Source: Fistulifera solaris
Taxonomy: Eukaryota
DNA: 64,000 nt
Assembly (NCBI GenBank): GCA_030295235.1
Contig: AP026127.1
Coordinates: 310,001 to 374,000 of the forward strand
Direction of reading: 5' to 3'
This document shows, piece by piece, positions 9,278 to 22,899 of the stretch; within the stretch, counting starts at the first letter, position 1; each line of letters opens with the position of its first letter. The translations under genes and the position numbers were made by a program. The notes under the pieces are model-generated. The model searched no databases. It was not told the DNA's origin and worked only from the letters and a program-made list of their open reading frames with translations.

Positions 9278-12200
9278 TCATGGCGTCATGGGTGGCGACG
9301 ACACATGGACCGAACCGGTCAATTGTCCTCCATTCTTCAGTTTATTCGGATGCACTTCGACTGTTTGATTCATACGGATCGTCGTCTCGTCGGTCTCACC
9401 TTCTTTCATGTATTGAATGAAACCAAATCGGGCATTCACGTCAACCCAGGGAAACACGTGACGGTCTTTGGCGCAATCAAAGGAGGCCAGATCGTAGTCT
9501 TTGGAAGTCCGAACAAACTCCACTTCGTCGCTCAACGGACTCCAATGATGAGTGCGCTGAATGGCACCTTCGCCAACCGCACACTTTTTCAATACACGGC
9601 CATTTCGATTGTGATGATACACGGGATAGCCGACGGCATCAAAGACGTGCACCTGGGAGTCGTGCAATGCAGATCCGCTCTGCTTGGTCAACAAATTGGA
9701 TATCATTTCCAGTGACTCGGGCGTAGTGTGCTTTTCAAGAACCCCTTTTAAGGTGCAAGTGGGAACATCGTCCAAGTGCTGAGCCTCGCGCCAAAATGCT
9801 CGGCATCCATCGGCAAGGAAGGATTGGGCACCACCAATTGCTTTGTGAAACTGTGATGAATCCAGCAACGAGTTCAAGGCATCAAGGATAAAGGACGAGA
9901 GAGCCCGGCTAACATAGCCTTGTTGGTATTTGAAGAAATCTTCGCACATGACGATCAGCCGCTGGATTTTTCTTCTCCATTGCTGGACCGTGAAACGATC
10001 CGTTGGCGGCCGAAAATAGGAGTTGACGACATACCAGCCCACCATTCGTCCTGGAAAGATAACTCTGTTGTTTGGGGGATCCCGAATAAAGCATGGACTC
10101 TGCCATCAACACGTTGGCACAACCTTGCGAGTATCCGAGTAGACCAAATGGTTTCTTCATCGCTACAGCGGCTTCAATCGCCTCTTCAATGCGGCTCGCA
10201 TTGTACTCAAACGAACGCGCAGTTGCCGTGTCCGCTCGAATGACTTCCACACCTCGTTTTTTCTTTCAATCGATGAAAAGCGTTTTGCAATTCCAAACCT
10301 TTCTTTCCCTCGGTGATAACGCCCATAGCTGAAACAATGACAAAATTGTATTTTCCGGGTCGGTTGGGGATCAGTAGACGAACCAGAGGGTCAGACCGCA
10401 ATTTTTCTCTATCTTTTTCTTCGTAAATGGTGGCATCAATAATTGCATCCACAATCACCTGTTCGCGATGTCGCTCGGGAGCCATAAATACATCATCGAC
10501 TTGTTCCCAATCATTGGCCGATTCTGCGACAGGGGGTTGGGTGGGTGAAAGATTCCTTCCGCCAATGCGGAGAGCATTCAACCTGCAACAAAGGACATGG
10601 TGAGATCACTGTACAACTAGTAAAATCTTGTATAAAAATTTGTAACCAACCATCTGCGAGTGTGATCGGTATTTTCCATGACATTATCAAACATAGATTT
10701 GATCATCAACGCATCGTAATTTCGTTTGTAGAAGGATCGAAACCAATCAACGTGGAAGGCATGTTTGTCAAGGGCTAGAACTTTTGCACACTCATCAAAC
10801 GCTTCCTGATAGGACGCTGTTGCTTCGGCATATTCCTTCGAAAGTTTGGTCTTTTCCTCATCTTCAATGAGTGACTCTAAAACTGACTTTCCAGCCGCGT
10901 CCGCTCGAGCGATTAAAGACTGTGCTTTGGTCGACGCACTAATGACTCTCGCTGTGTTTCGATTATCACCATCCTCAAGGATCGGTTCAGCAATCTGAAT
11001 TTCTGCTTTTGGTTTCGGTAGAGGATCAGGTTCTGTTTTATGCCGTACCCGCTGGACATGTCCTTTCAAAGCCATGTACGTTTCTGCGTCGTCCAAAATA
11101 CTCTTGGCAACAGAGAAAAGAGCTTCGTAGTAGCTTTGTCGAGCCCAGCGTCCGCCTGCCATGTAATCTTCTCTTCTAGGCATCTTGAGGCCTGGGAACC
11201 ATGAATCAAGCAGGTCATGCATATCAATCTGGTGGCTGGTTTTGAAACTTGTTTGGTCCAGTTCCAAGAGAGCCATGAGCGCTGAAGTCAGATTTCGCGC
11301 AGAACCTTGTCCGCTAGGACTACCAATTTCGGCGAGAACTGCGATAGCGAAAGATCGCGGCTGACTACAAATAAGATCCAAAAGCATTCGTTGATTCAGT
11401 TGAACGACTGTCGAAGACTTCATCACAGAAGTTAGTCCAGCTTGTAGTAGTGTCGCTACGTCTTGCGGACCTAGGAGCGAGTCACCCAATTCAAATCGTT
11501 CACGGCTGGTATCCGATTGGAGAATTAACGTATGTGGCACCTCGTTTTCCATGTAATCATCTTCTTTTGCGGCCCTTTCAGCAGGAGTAACTATGAAATC
11601 TTGTTCCTCATCTACTGATTCCATCACTCGCTTTAAGCGTGAATCGAGAGCCTCAACTCTGTGTCTTCTCAATGGACCAAATATAGAATGTGATCGTGAT
11701 TTCGATTTCTCATTAGTTGATAACCTAGAAACATGTGAAATCGATGAACTCGAGGCATATTGTCGACGACGATTGCGCTTGGTCGTGTGCGTTATCTTTG
11801 CTCTGTGACTGCTACGGGTCGCTTCCCCCAAGAAGACTGACAGGAAGAAGCTCTGCGGCAGAAAAGAAAGGCCGCCGTAACTCTCAGCGATTTCCAGCAC
11901 TTTCCTTTTAATGGAATAAACATATCGAATTCTCCTAAGGTCTTGTGACTGCCAGTCTGTTGGGTTTCGGGATTGAAGAATAAATTCGACCTGTTTGAAG
12001 GTCAAATAAGGTGCAATTTGACTAACAAGACCCGAGAATTCAGGATCCAGTGGGAGAAGTGGTTTGTCCCGTAGCGTGCTGTAAAGGTCAGAGGCAGATG
12101 GTATACCGACAAATTTCTCTGCATGGTAGGGAAGTTCAGACAAAGGAAGTACGTGTTCCTCGATTGAATGCGGTGCTGACATCGCTCCGAGTGCCACTGA

Positions 12201-15200
12201 CATCCAACGAATAGCCCTATCGAACTCTGGTGCCCATTCATCGTATTTGTCAATGCTATCACGTAGGATTTCCTTGACTTTAACGACGTCAAGTCCTTCA
12301 CCTTCGACAACTCTTTTCACAATAGGGAGTATCTGATCAACTTCTTCGACGCCGCCAGTCAAGAAGAGGCTAACAAGACGCGACATTTTATACATAGGAA
12401 TCGCATGTTTCGGATCCGAAACGCCTTCCTTGTCCAAGATCTCTTTAGCTCTCCATATTTCCTCCAAAACCTTTTGTAGTATACTATGCAAATCATCACT
12501 GACGATTTTAATTACTTGGAGCAATTTAGTCATCGTTCGCTTGTCGTGTAAGACATCAAGGATGCGGCTTGCTGATTCTTCGTCCGGTGAAACAAGCGCG
12601 TTAAAGAATTTCCAATCGTATAAGCCTTCTTTGTCTTCTCGAGATGTTGCCGCTTTCTTGATACTGATGCCTCCAACAGACGAAACATGGAAAGAAATAC
12701 GACCTTGACGCAATGGAGCAACAAGGATTGCAACCTGTTGTTTATTTTCCGGAAGTGCGTCTTCTGGGGATTGGCCTAGAGATGTAACTTGAAGGATGGG
12801 TGAAAGACCTTGAAAATCCCATGCTAACTCACATTGGGTCTTGCCCTCAAAACCCATGTCTACGACGCTCTCAATAACGTCCACGACGAACGTTGATTCC
12901 GAAGGAAATATGATTCTTCGGTGACCAGTGGATATCGTGTACTCTTTCATTTTTATTGAGGCCGTAGAACCCGAAAAATCAATCTCGTAGGCTTCCAATG
13001 GGTTGAAAACATTGGGTCCAGTGGTTGAAAGCGCCCCACTGAAATGTTGTGGACGAAGATGGGCACGAAGCGACCCAGATAACATTCCGTGCAAATTTGT
13101 TTTGAGTTTGACTCCGTCGAAAATATCCAGCTCGGGGAACTCTTTTACCGGGCCTTCGCTTCTGATGTGTAGAGAAGGAGCCTCAAAATCAGCAACAATT
13201 CGTATCCCGTCTTCTACCGGTTCATGGCAGGTCGAACCAATACTACTTGCGATCGAGTGATCTTCCGTTTTTCCATGCCACCCAATACATGAATACGCAT
13301 CTGGCCTTTTTCCAGCTTCGGGAGAAACAGTGTTTGTCCGTCATCTGAGTAGCTCTCACTTTCGGGTGGAATGAAAATGTTCTGAATGCCAAAGTGAAAG
13401 TCCGTAGCTGGCAAATGTCGCAGAATGTTTCTCTTCTTGTTCATTTCCTTTGGATCTAAAACTGCTTTCTCGCGTGCACTGATCGATCCGTAAGCATAGA
13501 TTGTATCCAAGATGCTTGTCACCATGGTACCCCCATTCAACATGGGATGCGTCGCACCCACCGACACTGTGATTGCATCCAAGCTCGAATTGTCTTGAAC
13601 ATCAAATACGTAATCGTACTGCAGCAAACGGAGTTCGTCGCGGAATCCAGCAGACTCGTTCGGAAACAGCAGTATACTGGCTACGGATGGCGAACCGTCC
13701 GTTTGCAACTCGGGGTGACTGAAGGAAGAGATTCGCTTGCGCAGTGGCGTCGGTTTGCGAAGCGGTAAAAGCTCTCCCGCCTCATCGATGTCCTCCGGAC
13801 CGACCTTCCAGATCGCGAAACTACCCCGTGCGGCGACTTGACTTGCTGTGCCATTATTATAGTCTTCATGCCGAGCGGACAGTTTGAGAATGTGAAACGA
13901 TAACTTTTCCCGGCTTACAGTTCCCTTCGCAGCGAACTCCAAAGACCAAGGAACCATGGAATTGGCATCAAACTGCGTCGTTTTTCGTGCCCGCATGTCA
14001 CTTTCCGACGCTTCGACGTGTGTCGTCCACGAAGACATGGAATTGACCGTCATATGATCTCGCTGTTGATTCGTCATCATCGTTGGATCGGTTTCTGGAC
14101 GATTTTGTAGACCGTGCGGATCTCGTCCCAACCCCATTTCCATGGCCACCGCCACTCCACCCGGTAACGTGACATCCACACCGACGGCGGGAGGTGTGGC
14201 CACCATTTTGATTTGCACATTCCAGGATTCGGCCATATGAATTAACGCTAGAGCAATCTTTTCTTCGGCAATGTTTTCTCGGCGCAATCGTGCCGATGCC
14301 AGTGGTTGCGGTGTCAGCAGAAATTCGAGGAGGGCGTGCGGGTGAGGAATAATGACCGTGGGGAGTGTGACATTGATAAAAGGAATGGGAAGGAACCCAA
14401 AGAGAAGTACGTGTCCACTGAAGGACAGCGAAAGACGCCACTCGGGTGAATACGGTCCTTTCTTTTTCTTTCCATTCGTTTCCTCCCAATCATCGTCCAA
14501 AATCAAAGACGACTTTCCCTTATACACGGGAGTGACCATAATTTTGGAAAGGTGAATTTGGCATTTGCTCTCAATGATCCAGAGACATTTTTCGAGAAAG
14601 GACGAAATGGAAATAATGAGATCAAAGAAAAGGCGAATGATTTGCACGCGGCGCAATTTGGGCACAAATTTATCTTCAAAGAGGGTGGGAAAGTGAATCA
14701 ATGTGGGTGCCACATTCGAGAGCGGCAAGGGCGGATCCAAAACCAGGCCGGCTTGTTTCACCATGGGTTTGGAGCGGAGTACGGTCGTGACATCCAAATC
14801 TTCCTCGGTGGTGAATCCATCGCTGCCCACCACCACGGAAGCGGAAACACGACACCCGCCTTTGGGCACGAGTAACTGCAATTGCGGTCGCGACGCATCC
14901 TTATCCAAGGGAACTTCGTGACGACCTTCTTGAAGACGCAATCCAGCTTCGGCACGGACGGCATGAATCAAATCGGCCGTGAGTTGATTCGTCAACAGTT
15001 CGACATGCGAAGACGAAAGGAGGGGGGCAAACGAGTCGGGCAAATCCGTGCTCGTCGGAGCGAACGGAATGGCCTTTTCTTCTTCACTCGATGATTCTTC
15101 TTCCGAAGGATCTTCATTCTCCAGCTCTTCCAGCGGCACATCTTCGACCAAAGCATCATTTCGTCGGAATCGAAGTGATCGAGCCTGTTCACGCAGCGAG

Positions 15201-15505
15201 TCTGTCATGTTGGCGGTTGAAGATTCGTTGCTTCCACGGAGTGTCGATTTCGCTTGCCTTTTGCTGTGTGTCTTGGACGAGATATCATCCGGTTGAAAGA
15301 GAATCGAAATCGCCGGCCGTTTGGGCAATTTCTTGAGCGGAACCGGAGGAGGTCTCGAAAATGCCCGTAATTGCACAAATATGAGGCTGAGTAAAACAAC
15401 AATGGCGGCCATGAGGTAGCTGTCCGCATGGGGAATGTCTTCCAGCAACAGGATCGAAGCGACTCGATCGAAGGGCGACGGGAGATTGTGATGCGGCAGT
15501 ATCAT
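9278..15505 (-). CDS. Large (~2000 aa) membrane-anchored protein with a C-terminal alpha/beta-hydrolase-like domain; intron 10583-10650; several frameshifts
   Basis: Contiguous same-strand ORFs 13214-15505, 10617-13094, 10207-10581, 9909-10250 and 9278-10045. The intron GTTGGT...TTGCAG restores RRWLNALR. N-terminal TM helix; LLGYSQG nucleophile-elbow motif. Confidence 0.7.
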
Positions 15506-15804
15506 ATTTATTGGTTGCGGTGTGTCTTTTTTCTTCCTTTTGTTTATTGCTATCTGTTTCGTATTATTAACTGATGAATCGCACTATTTTTATTGCATCT
15601 ATCCTCCTTTTTTTTCTCCGAATGCTTTTTTTTTGTGTCGGCGTTTGTCATTGTCATCATCGACATCAGAGAGACGTGTCTATGTGTATGTGCCAAGCCA
15701 AGATGCGACGAACTCTTCATGGAAGGTTCGGGAAAAAGTGTACACTCACGTAGGCCCCCCGTAGAAAAATGTACCAAGCAGAGGTGCGTTCCCGTGTCTC
15801 CATG

Positions 15805-15817
15805 TGACGTCACGTCA
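15805..15817. promoter_or_regulatory. TGACGTCACGTCA (overlapping CRE-like sites) in a divergent promoter
   Basis: Read directly between divergent starts at 15505 and 16077. Confidence 0.4.
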
Positions 15818-16076
15818 CGAGTAAAGTATGAAAATTAGGGCAGAGTCAAACAAACATTTAATACCGGATATTATTCATAAAACGTGATGACGGATTCGAC
15901 ATAACCCGCACTTTTTCGGCATCGGTTCCACGCTGCGGACGCGTATCTTTTGTCGCGTCCGCCGTTTGATTTGCATCAACGCCTCACGAGATCTTTTCTC
16001 CTCTAACACACTATTGGTAAATACTTTTGCAGACGGGTTCTTTCCTTTATTCTTTTCACTTTATCAAGAATCGACA

Positions 16077-18434
16077 ATGGTACTTTCGGAATTCAATAGT
16101 GAAGTGGCTTGGCCCGCCGCGTGTCCGCATCCGGCGGAACCGTGCTTCGTTTCGGTGTTTGTGCGTCCGACTTATTATCATTTTGCCATTCATCGCGCTA
16201 AAGACTACAAGCCCGAAACCAATTGGAGGTACGATGTTAATGTTTCGAAACTTGTATTCGATTGTGACGAGGCTCGTTCATCACCATTGTTTCTCTTTCA
16301 AAGAGTTCCTCTGACGAGTATTCCAGAACAATCTGATGAAGAATCAGACGATGCTCTTTCCAAAATTGGTCAATATTTTCCCCCTTCGACTTTGGGTTTG
16401 TTCTTTCCACCCCTGGATCGTGTCCCGACGGTCGCGGAAGTGATTCAATACATGAATCTCCAGGCGGCACCCGTTTCTCTGTACGTAGTCAGCGGGAACG
16501 ATCTGGCCGCGAATCGCAACTTGCAACACTTGTTTCAACGTTACCCGGTCCGCATCTTGTGTTTGCAGTCAACGGATTTTTGTTCGCTGCAGCAGTTGCC
16601 GAGCGTGACAACGCACGATGTCGCGGTAGCGGCCTTTGGAGCTTCCGACTATCCCGCACTGATGGTCGAGTGCAGTGATTGTTTCACGTTTCTCACCGTC
16701 CCGGAACCCGGACGGTTTGCCAGTCACTGCATGCACGAGGGGATCGTTTCCCAAATGCAGCGAACGTTCCCCGACGTGGAAGACGTCATGAAGCTCCTCG
16801 ACGATGAGTTCTTGCAGCGATCAGTCGTGGATGATACTGTTTTGAAACAAGTGCTGCACTCCTTCTTGCTCGTTGTGAAGACGACGATGGAGACCTTTGT
16901 GCAATTGTACAAGAGTCCGAACATTGTGTTGCACGGACCCCGCGCGGGTTTACTCCAGGCGCTCTTGCTGCAGCACACCAAGGTCGATTTGAAATTCGAC
17001 TTTTCGGTAGACGACATTCAAGTCGATGATCATTACATTCACGCGGCACTCGGCAAGATGTTATTGAGACAGGATACGCCGGTGGTTCCGGGATCGTCTC
17101 GCGAAGCGTGCTTGCAATTTGTTGGAAAACGAATCGCCCGTGTCTTTGATATTGACATGGAGCAGGATTATATATTTCGTGGTGTTGTCAGCGGTTTCGG
17201 TGTCATCCCGGATTCCTTGGATGACACTTTGTTTGAAGTCATTTACGATGACGGAGATCGCGAGGAAATCAATGTGGAACATCTTTATGGTAAGAATTGT
17301 TTGTGTGATGCTGTCTTTTGGTTGCACAAAATGCGAATCTGACGTAAATACGTGTTCTTAGCGGCGCTGCGTTTGTACCATGAAGTCGGAGAGAAACATC
17401 AGTTCCCTTCTACGAGTGCGGATGCTATTGCTTCCAAACGGCAAGCTTCGCAAGCCGGTGCCGCGTTTCTTCTCAAATCTAGCGCCAAGGTGCAACAGGC
17501 CGTCGAGCGACAACAAGTCGCATCGTCGGATGAATCCTACGCGAGCGAAGACGGGCGGAAGCGCAAAGGTCCGCGATCGGTGACTCCCGCCAAGCGCCGG
17601 CCTCCCCGGAAGCAGGCGGCCAAGAAGCAATCGATACGAAAACCAGCTACCCGGAAAAAATTGACAGCAAAGCGGGCAACGAGTATCAAAAGTTTGAGTC
17701 GTACTACGAACCAGCTTCCTGTGGGTCAAAGTCCAACCGATTTCATCGGACAACGAATCACCAAGACATTTGACGAAGGGAACTTTGATGGCTCCATTAT
17801 TTCCTACGATGCAGATGCCAACTTCTGGAAGGTCAAATACGACGATGGTGACGAGGAAGATTTGGATTACTACGAGGTTACAGCGTCAATTAGTCTTTAC
17901 GACTTTCTGCGTTCAGATCAGACGCAGTCTGTTTCGGTTTCCATTAGTGACGGAGAACAGGGCGGCATCCCTTCAACGGCGATGGCACAGGAAGCTGAAA
18001 CGCCGCATTCTGCGCAATCGACAGGAACGCCTGTATTCTCGACAAGTATTCAAACGCAAGGAGTGGCTCAGGAGACAAGTCACCAACTTCCAGATAATCA
18101 AAATCCAAGTATTTTCATTGAACGCCGAGTTACCAAATATTTTGACGGGGTTCGCTACGACGGGACCATTGTTTCGTATGATGAAGATGTCAAGTTTTGG
18201 AAGGTCCTGTACGATGATGGTGATTCCGAAGAATTTGAATACGACGATGTTGTACGCTCGATCGGTCTGTATGACTTAATGCAATCAAATCAAACTCAAT
18301 CTGCTTCGGTTTGCGTTAATGGCGGGGAACAGGGCGTAAACCGCTCAATAGTGAAAGCAGACATTGCAGAAGGAGAATCTGAACCAGGGCCATGGACAGA
18401 AACGGACATTCCTGCAATCACAACAAGTACTTAA
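16077..18434 (+). CDS. Protein with a degenerate type III pantothenate kinase (CoaX)-like N-terminal region and three Tudor-like (YDDGD) repeats; intron 17290-17361
   Basis: GTAAGA...CTTAG splicing joins ORFs 15966-17342 and 17352-18434 in frame. Three (G/E)xR(I/V)x(K/R)xF...GxI/V...YDDGDxE repeats; basic K/R NLS-like stretch. Confidence 0.75.
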
Positions 18435-18667
18435 GTGTTGCAAGAAACAAGTCAAACAGGTTCAGTCATTGGTCATTGACCATGACAGTGTTCACGAATC
18501 AGTTTTGTTTCAGTGTGTCGGCGAATCTCTTGCTATTGTAACGAAATGAGTAACGCACGCACGGAGTGAACGTGGCGTGTAGTCTACTCAATCAATGAGA
18601 ATCAAAAGTACATCATAGCCGTTTGGCACTTGTGGGTGACAACATGATAAAATTAGCTTGACATTAT

Positions 18668-21600
18668 TTACCAGAAAAAGCTACCTTCCGACTGTTTCCT
18701 TAATTGTTTTGCCATGTCGGCAAAGTTGGCACTGGCTTCAACCATCTTTTCTGACTTTTCGGCCAGTGAATCTAGTTTTTGCCCGCGTTCATTCAGTGCA
18801 TCTCTAGTTTCATTCAAGGTGCTCGCGATACCTGGTACCCCGCTATTTACTTTTTCGTCTCCGTCTCCAAACATGAGGTTACTTGCCTGTTCAATTATAC
18901 CACCAAATAAACTGTCACGGTTTCTAAGATCCTCCTGGACAGTTTGGTTTGCTTTAGTGGCAGGTCGAGTTTCGCTAGCCTTGTTTAACACTTGAGGGGA
19001 GTCACGTGTTTGCTGTGAGTTAAGTGCATCAAATCGCGCAAGCAGATATTGGCCATCGCTAACTCTGTGCTCGGTGGATTCGTCCGTGACACGCTTAGTA
19101 GAACATTCATCGCAAACATATCGCCTGGATATTCTGCATCGATGTTGACGATTCCTGATGGTACCGAAGGGCTTCCAACATATCGCGCAGGATTTTTCAT
19201 CACTACCACCTGGTTGTCCACTGTTTGGGATGGCTAACTTATTGTCTGAACTTATGAGAGCAAACGGTGTCGCACGACAAGCTGCAAGTGATATGAACTC
19301 ATCTCTGGCAGCATTTACTCTATTCTTCCCTCCAAACAGTTCGATTACGTCGGATAGCAACAATTCAAACTCCCTTACAGGAGCGGCGCCGTCCTTGACA
19401 CCTTCAATATCAACGTAATTTACTACACGCGATCGCGTTGCAAAGGATTATCCACCGCTAATCTTCCACCATTACGAATAAGTAAGCTTGCCACATCCTG
19501 GATGGTTTTCATTCGAGCCGAAAACTCATCAGGATCATAAAGATTTGCTCGGCTCTTCATATCAGTACCAACACTTGCTAGTACTTGTAATGGAGTATAT
19601 CCAACATACTCACTAGCATAGTCATCCGAACATGACTGAAGAAAGTCCATCCGCTCGTTTGGCTCAAAGCCATGATTCAGTAAGACGGAAACAGTCTGCA
19701 AACCAGAACTCGAAACAAGAAAGGCCGCTGTTGTGGATAGGCAAAGCATGGAATGGTGCAGCGGGTAACCGTAGAAGTAATTTAGTGAGGAGTCAGTTGG
19801 CAAGGGAAATCGTATGGGGCAAAACTGTAGGACGACAGTAAGATCCTCATGCCGAAACGAACAAGCGAGACTTTTTACTACTTCGCTCCCTTCATTCAAA
19901 CCAAATTCTCCACCGCAATTCTTGATAATAAGCAAGCACCGTCGTAAAGCATCAGAATCGAATCGACCGGCTTTGCGTCCTTCCATTACGGCGGTGTACA
20001 TAGGGCTCCTTCCAAATGAAGTGAAGCAGCTTGGATTAATTTTTCTCGTCTGTACCGATAGAACTACAGATAACGAATTGTCGTCTAAGTTCCTCATACA
20101 CAAATGGGCCAAACTGCTCCCATCTTCCACCGTCTTTATCGAAACATTAGCACCTACATCGACTAGTGCCTTCACCGCAGCTGACATACCCAGAAAACAA
20201 GCAAGCTGCAATGCTGAATATCCATTTTCATCTACTCGGTCAACGACCTCCGAAGGTAAATGAGAGGGTTGTTGATTCTTGTTCGAATATTTCTTTGTTG
20301 CGGCAAGAAGGGCATCCTCTAGATCCTGCTGTCGTCCAGACACAACAAGAGCGTGAAGAGTTCCGAGAACCAATTGATGCTTCCATGTTCTTTGAGAATC
20401 ATGTCTGTCTTGATGGGCAGCACACAATGCCTTCGAGATAACCATTTCCACAGTTGTCGTCTCCAAAAACGCCTCACTGTCGCTAAATGCTGGTCCTTTC
20501 ACGGCTGACAACAAGATGGACTCTAGAGGCGTGAACAAAGTGAAGCAAGATTGCATGCGCTCACTTCCTTCACGTGGCAGTGAAAACGAAGTCAAAGGAG
20601 AGAGTCCAATTTTGCACATGGATAAATCAATAACACTTTCGGCTACCCAATACTTCTCAAGCGCGTCACTTCCAATTTCAGCCGAAGAAATATCGAGTAT
20701 TTTTATTAGCTCTTCAATGCTTTCGGCCCTGCGAACGATAAGAATGATAGCGGGCTCTTCGTAGATCAGCAAATGTCTCTCACAATAGTCCTCTTGTTTC
20801 GATTTCCAAAATAAATTCTGCTTTTCACTTTGGGTGACACGGAACACAGAATGAGTGAACTGCAAGCGTCGAATCCCAGCGTATGACATCCACCGTAAAG
20901 TGTCCCAGTTGTCGCATCCTGGAGATGTGCGCGTAAAAATGACCTCGCCTCCCAGCATACGTTCTTCCTTGTCTCTGAGTGATTCTTCGATAACTTCATT
21001 CAAAGCAACACCGTCGCCTACGTCTTTCTCGCTGTTGTCATCATTCAGGCCCTCTTCAACGCCATCCGCTACCGCATGTTCGACCTCCACCTTAGTCGTT
21101 TCATCAATGTGCTCCACATTGTCGCTTATTGATTTGTCATAATCTTTTACGATGACATTCGGCGTCGTTTCATCCTCTCCATCCGAGCTAACATCGTCGA
21201 CCAAGGAATGCAGTTGTCTGATCTCTGAATGAGCACTCTTCTCCTGTTCAATGGTAAGACTGTTAGGAGCCATAGCTTGGTCAGTCGAGGGAGTCCACGC
21301 TCTCATAGTATAGACTCCAGTCACTCACCACTGCTTCCTCACCGCTACTCGGCGATGGCCGCTGCGCCAATTCCCGTTCGTGCTCTTGGAGTACCGCCGC
21401 CGGCACCGGAGACAATTCTTGGGCCACCAACATGGTGATGGGTCGCGGAGCGAGCTTGATGAGTGCGACCGTATCACCCCACATAATGTTGGTCAAAGGA
21501 CGACGCAAATCGACACCGGCGGCCTCGCGCACAACATCTCCCACGTACAAATCACCATGGCGGACAAACAACGATCCGGGTGTGGAGGGTGTCACGTGGA

Positions 21601-22899
21601 GGACGCGAACGATGCCGTCACTGCCACGATTGAGTTTCACACCGAGCGCTTCGCTGCCAAACACAATGGTCCGCTCTTCGCCGCAATGAAAGGTTGTCGA
21701 TGTCGGAGATTGTTGAGGCCATGACTTGGGCATGGGAGGGACTTGTGGTGGAGCCTGTAAGACTTCCTCTCGCGGAACAAAGCGCGGCGGAGGCAGTTTG
21801 GGAACTGTTTTCGAAAACGATGAGGATTTACCGGAAACAGTACCAGCTTCTTTCAGGCTGTATTCTTCCTCTTCCAAGGCAGCCTTGGCTTTCTCCAAAT
21901 AGGCTTGATCAAACATACCCAGTGTCTCTCCATCCGGAAGTAAATCTTGACACTTTTCAAAGGCATCGACGGCTTGTGCATACTCCCGCATATAAAACAA
22001 CGACTTGGCCAAGGTCGAATACGCGGCCGGAGACGGATTCAATTTGATCGCCAGGAAACAATCATTCCGCGCACTTTCGTGTCGACGACTTCCGTTCAAA
22101 GCATGCGCCCGCCCTAGGTGTAAATCGGGACTCAAATGAAAGTCATCCGGAACCAGAAACAAGGCCGCCGTGTATTCTTCAATCGCGGCCTTGTATTGTT
22201 TTTTGGTCAAGTAGTCATTGGCGCGTGTTTGGATCCGTAGCGCCTCCTCAAAATCCGGATCCTCCTCGGCATCCCGGGCGGCCGCCGCTGATACGAGCGC
22301 CGCGCGACTACGGGGCATGGCCGTCTGTCGAATGACGGCCGTCGTCGTTGGGGGTCCTTCGGTAAACACCGAATGGGACGGCGTGAGTTGCGTCGCTACC
22401 GATTCAACTTCCTTTCGTTGGGCCCGTTCGAATTTCAATTTTGCTTTTTCCAAATACGACTGCGTGACACCATTGTCCGGCTCGTGCAGCAAAGCATCTT
22501 GATACGCGGCGATGGCTTCCGCGTACTGTTTTTGAAAATACAGGGCTTGTCCCAATCGGGCATGCGCTTTCCCAAACGTCGGTGCCAATGCAATGGCGCG
22601 TCGGGCATCCGTGGCGGCGGCTTGATAACGCTTGAGAGACAGTAAAGCGGCAGCGCGATTGCTCAAATAAATATGCGACGACGGTCCGACGGGGGCCAAT
22701 TGCAGCGCCGCCGAATACGCGGAATAGGCCCGCGCATATTCTTGCGCCGCCATGTGTTGATTGCCGCGGGCTTTCATTTGTTCGGCTTCTTTTGCAATTC
22801 TTCCAATTGCGCTAAATCCAATAAGGCTTCTTCGCCGTCTTTGGCGTGTTCGTCAATTGTGTCATTATTTGTTGTCGGTCGTTGTTGATACGCTCTCAT
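18668..22899 (-). CDS. Multidomain trafficking protein: TPR repeats, PDZ-like, ankyrin repeats, FYVE-like finger, C-terminal tomosyn-type R-SNARE coil; intron 21244-21328; frameshifts near 22792 and 19425; start uncertain
   Basis: TPR (KARGNQHM...YLSNRAAALL...KAHARLGQAL); ALGVKLNRGSDGIVRV; ankyrin (NGYSALQLAC, FGRSPMYTAV); CAICWKPFGTIRNRQHRCR...VCDECS; LNERGQKLDSLAEKSEKM. Phase-0 intron GTGAGT...CTAAC...GAACAG. Confidence 0.75.
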
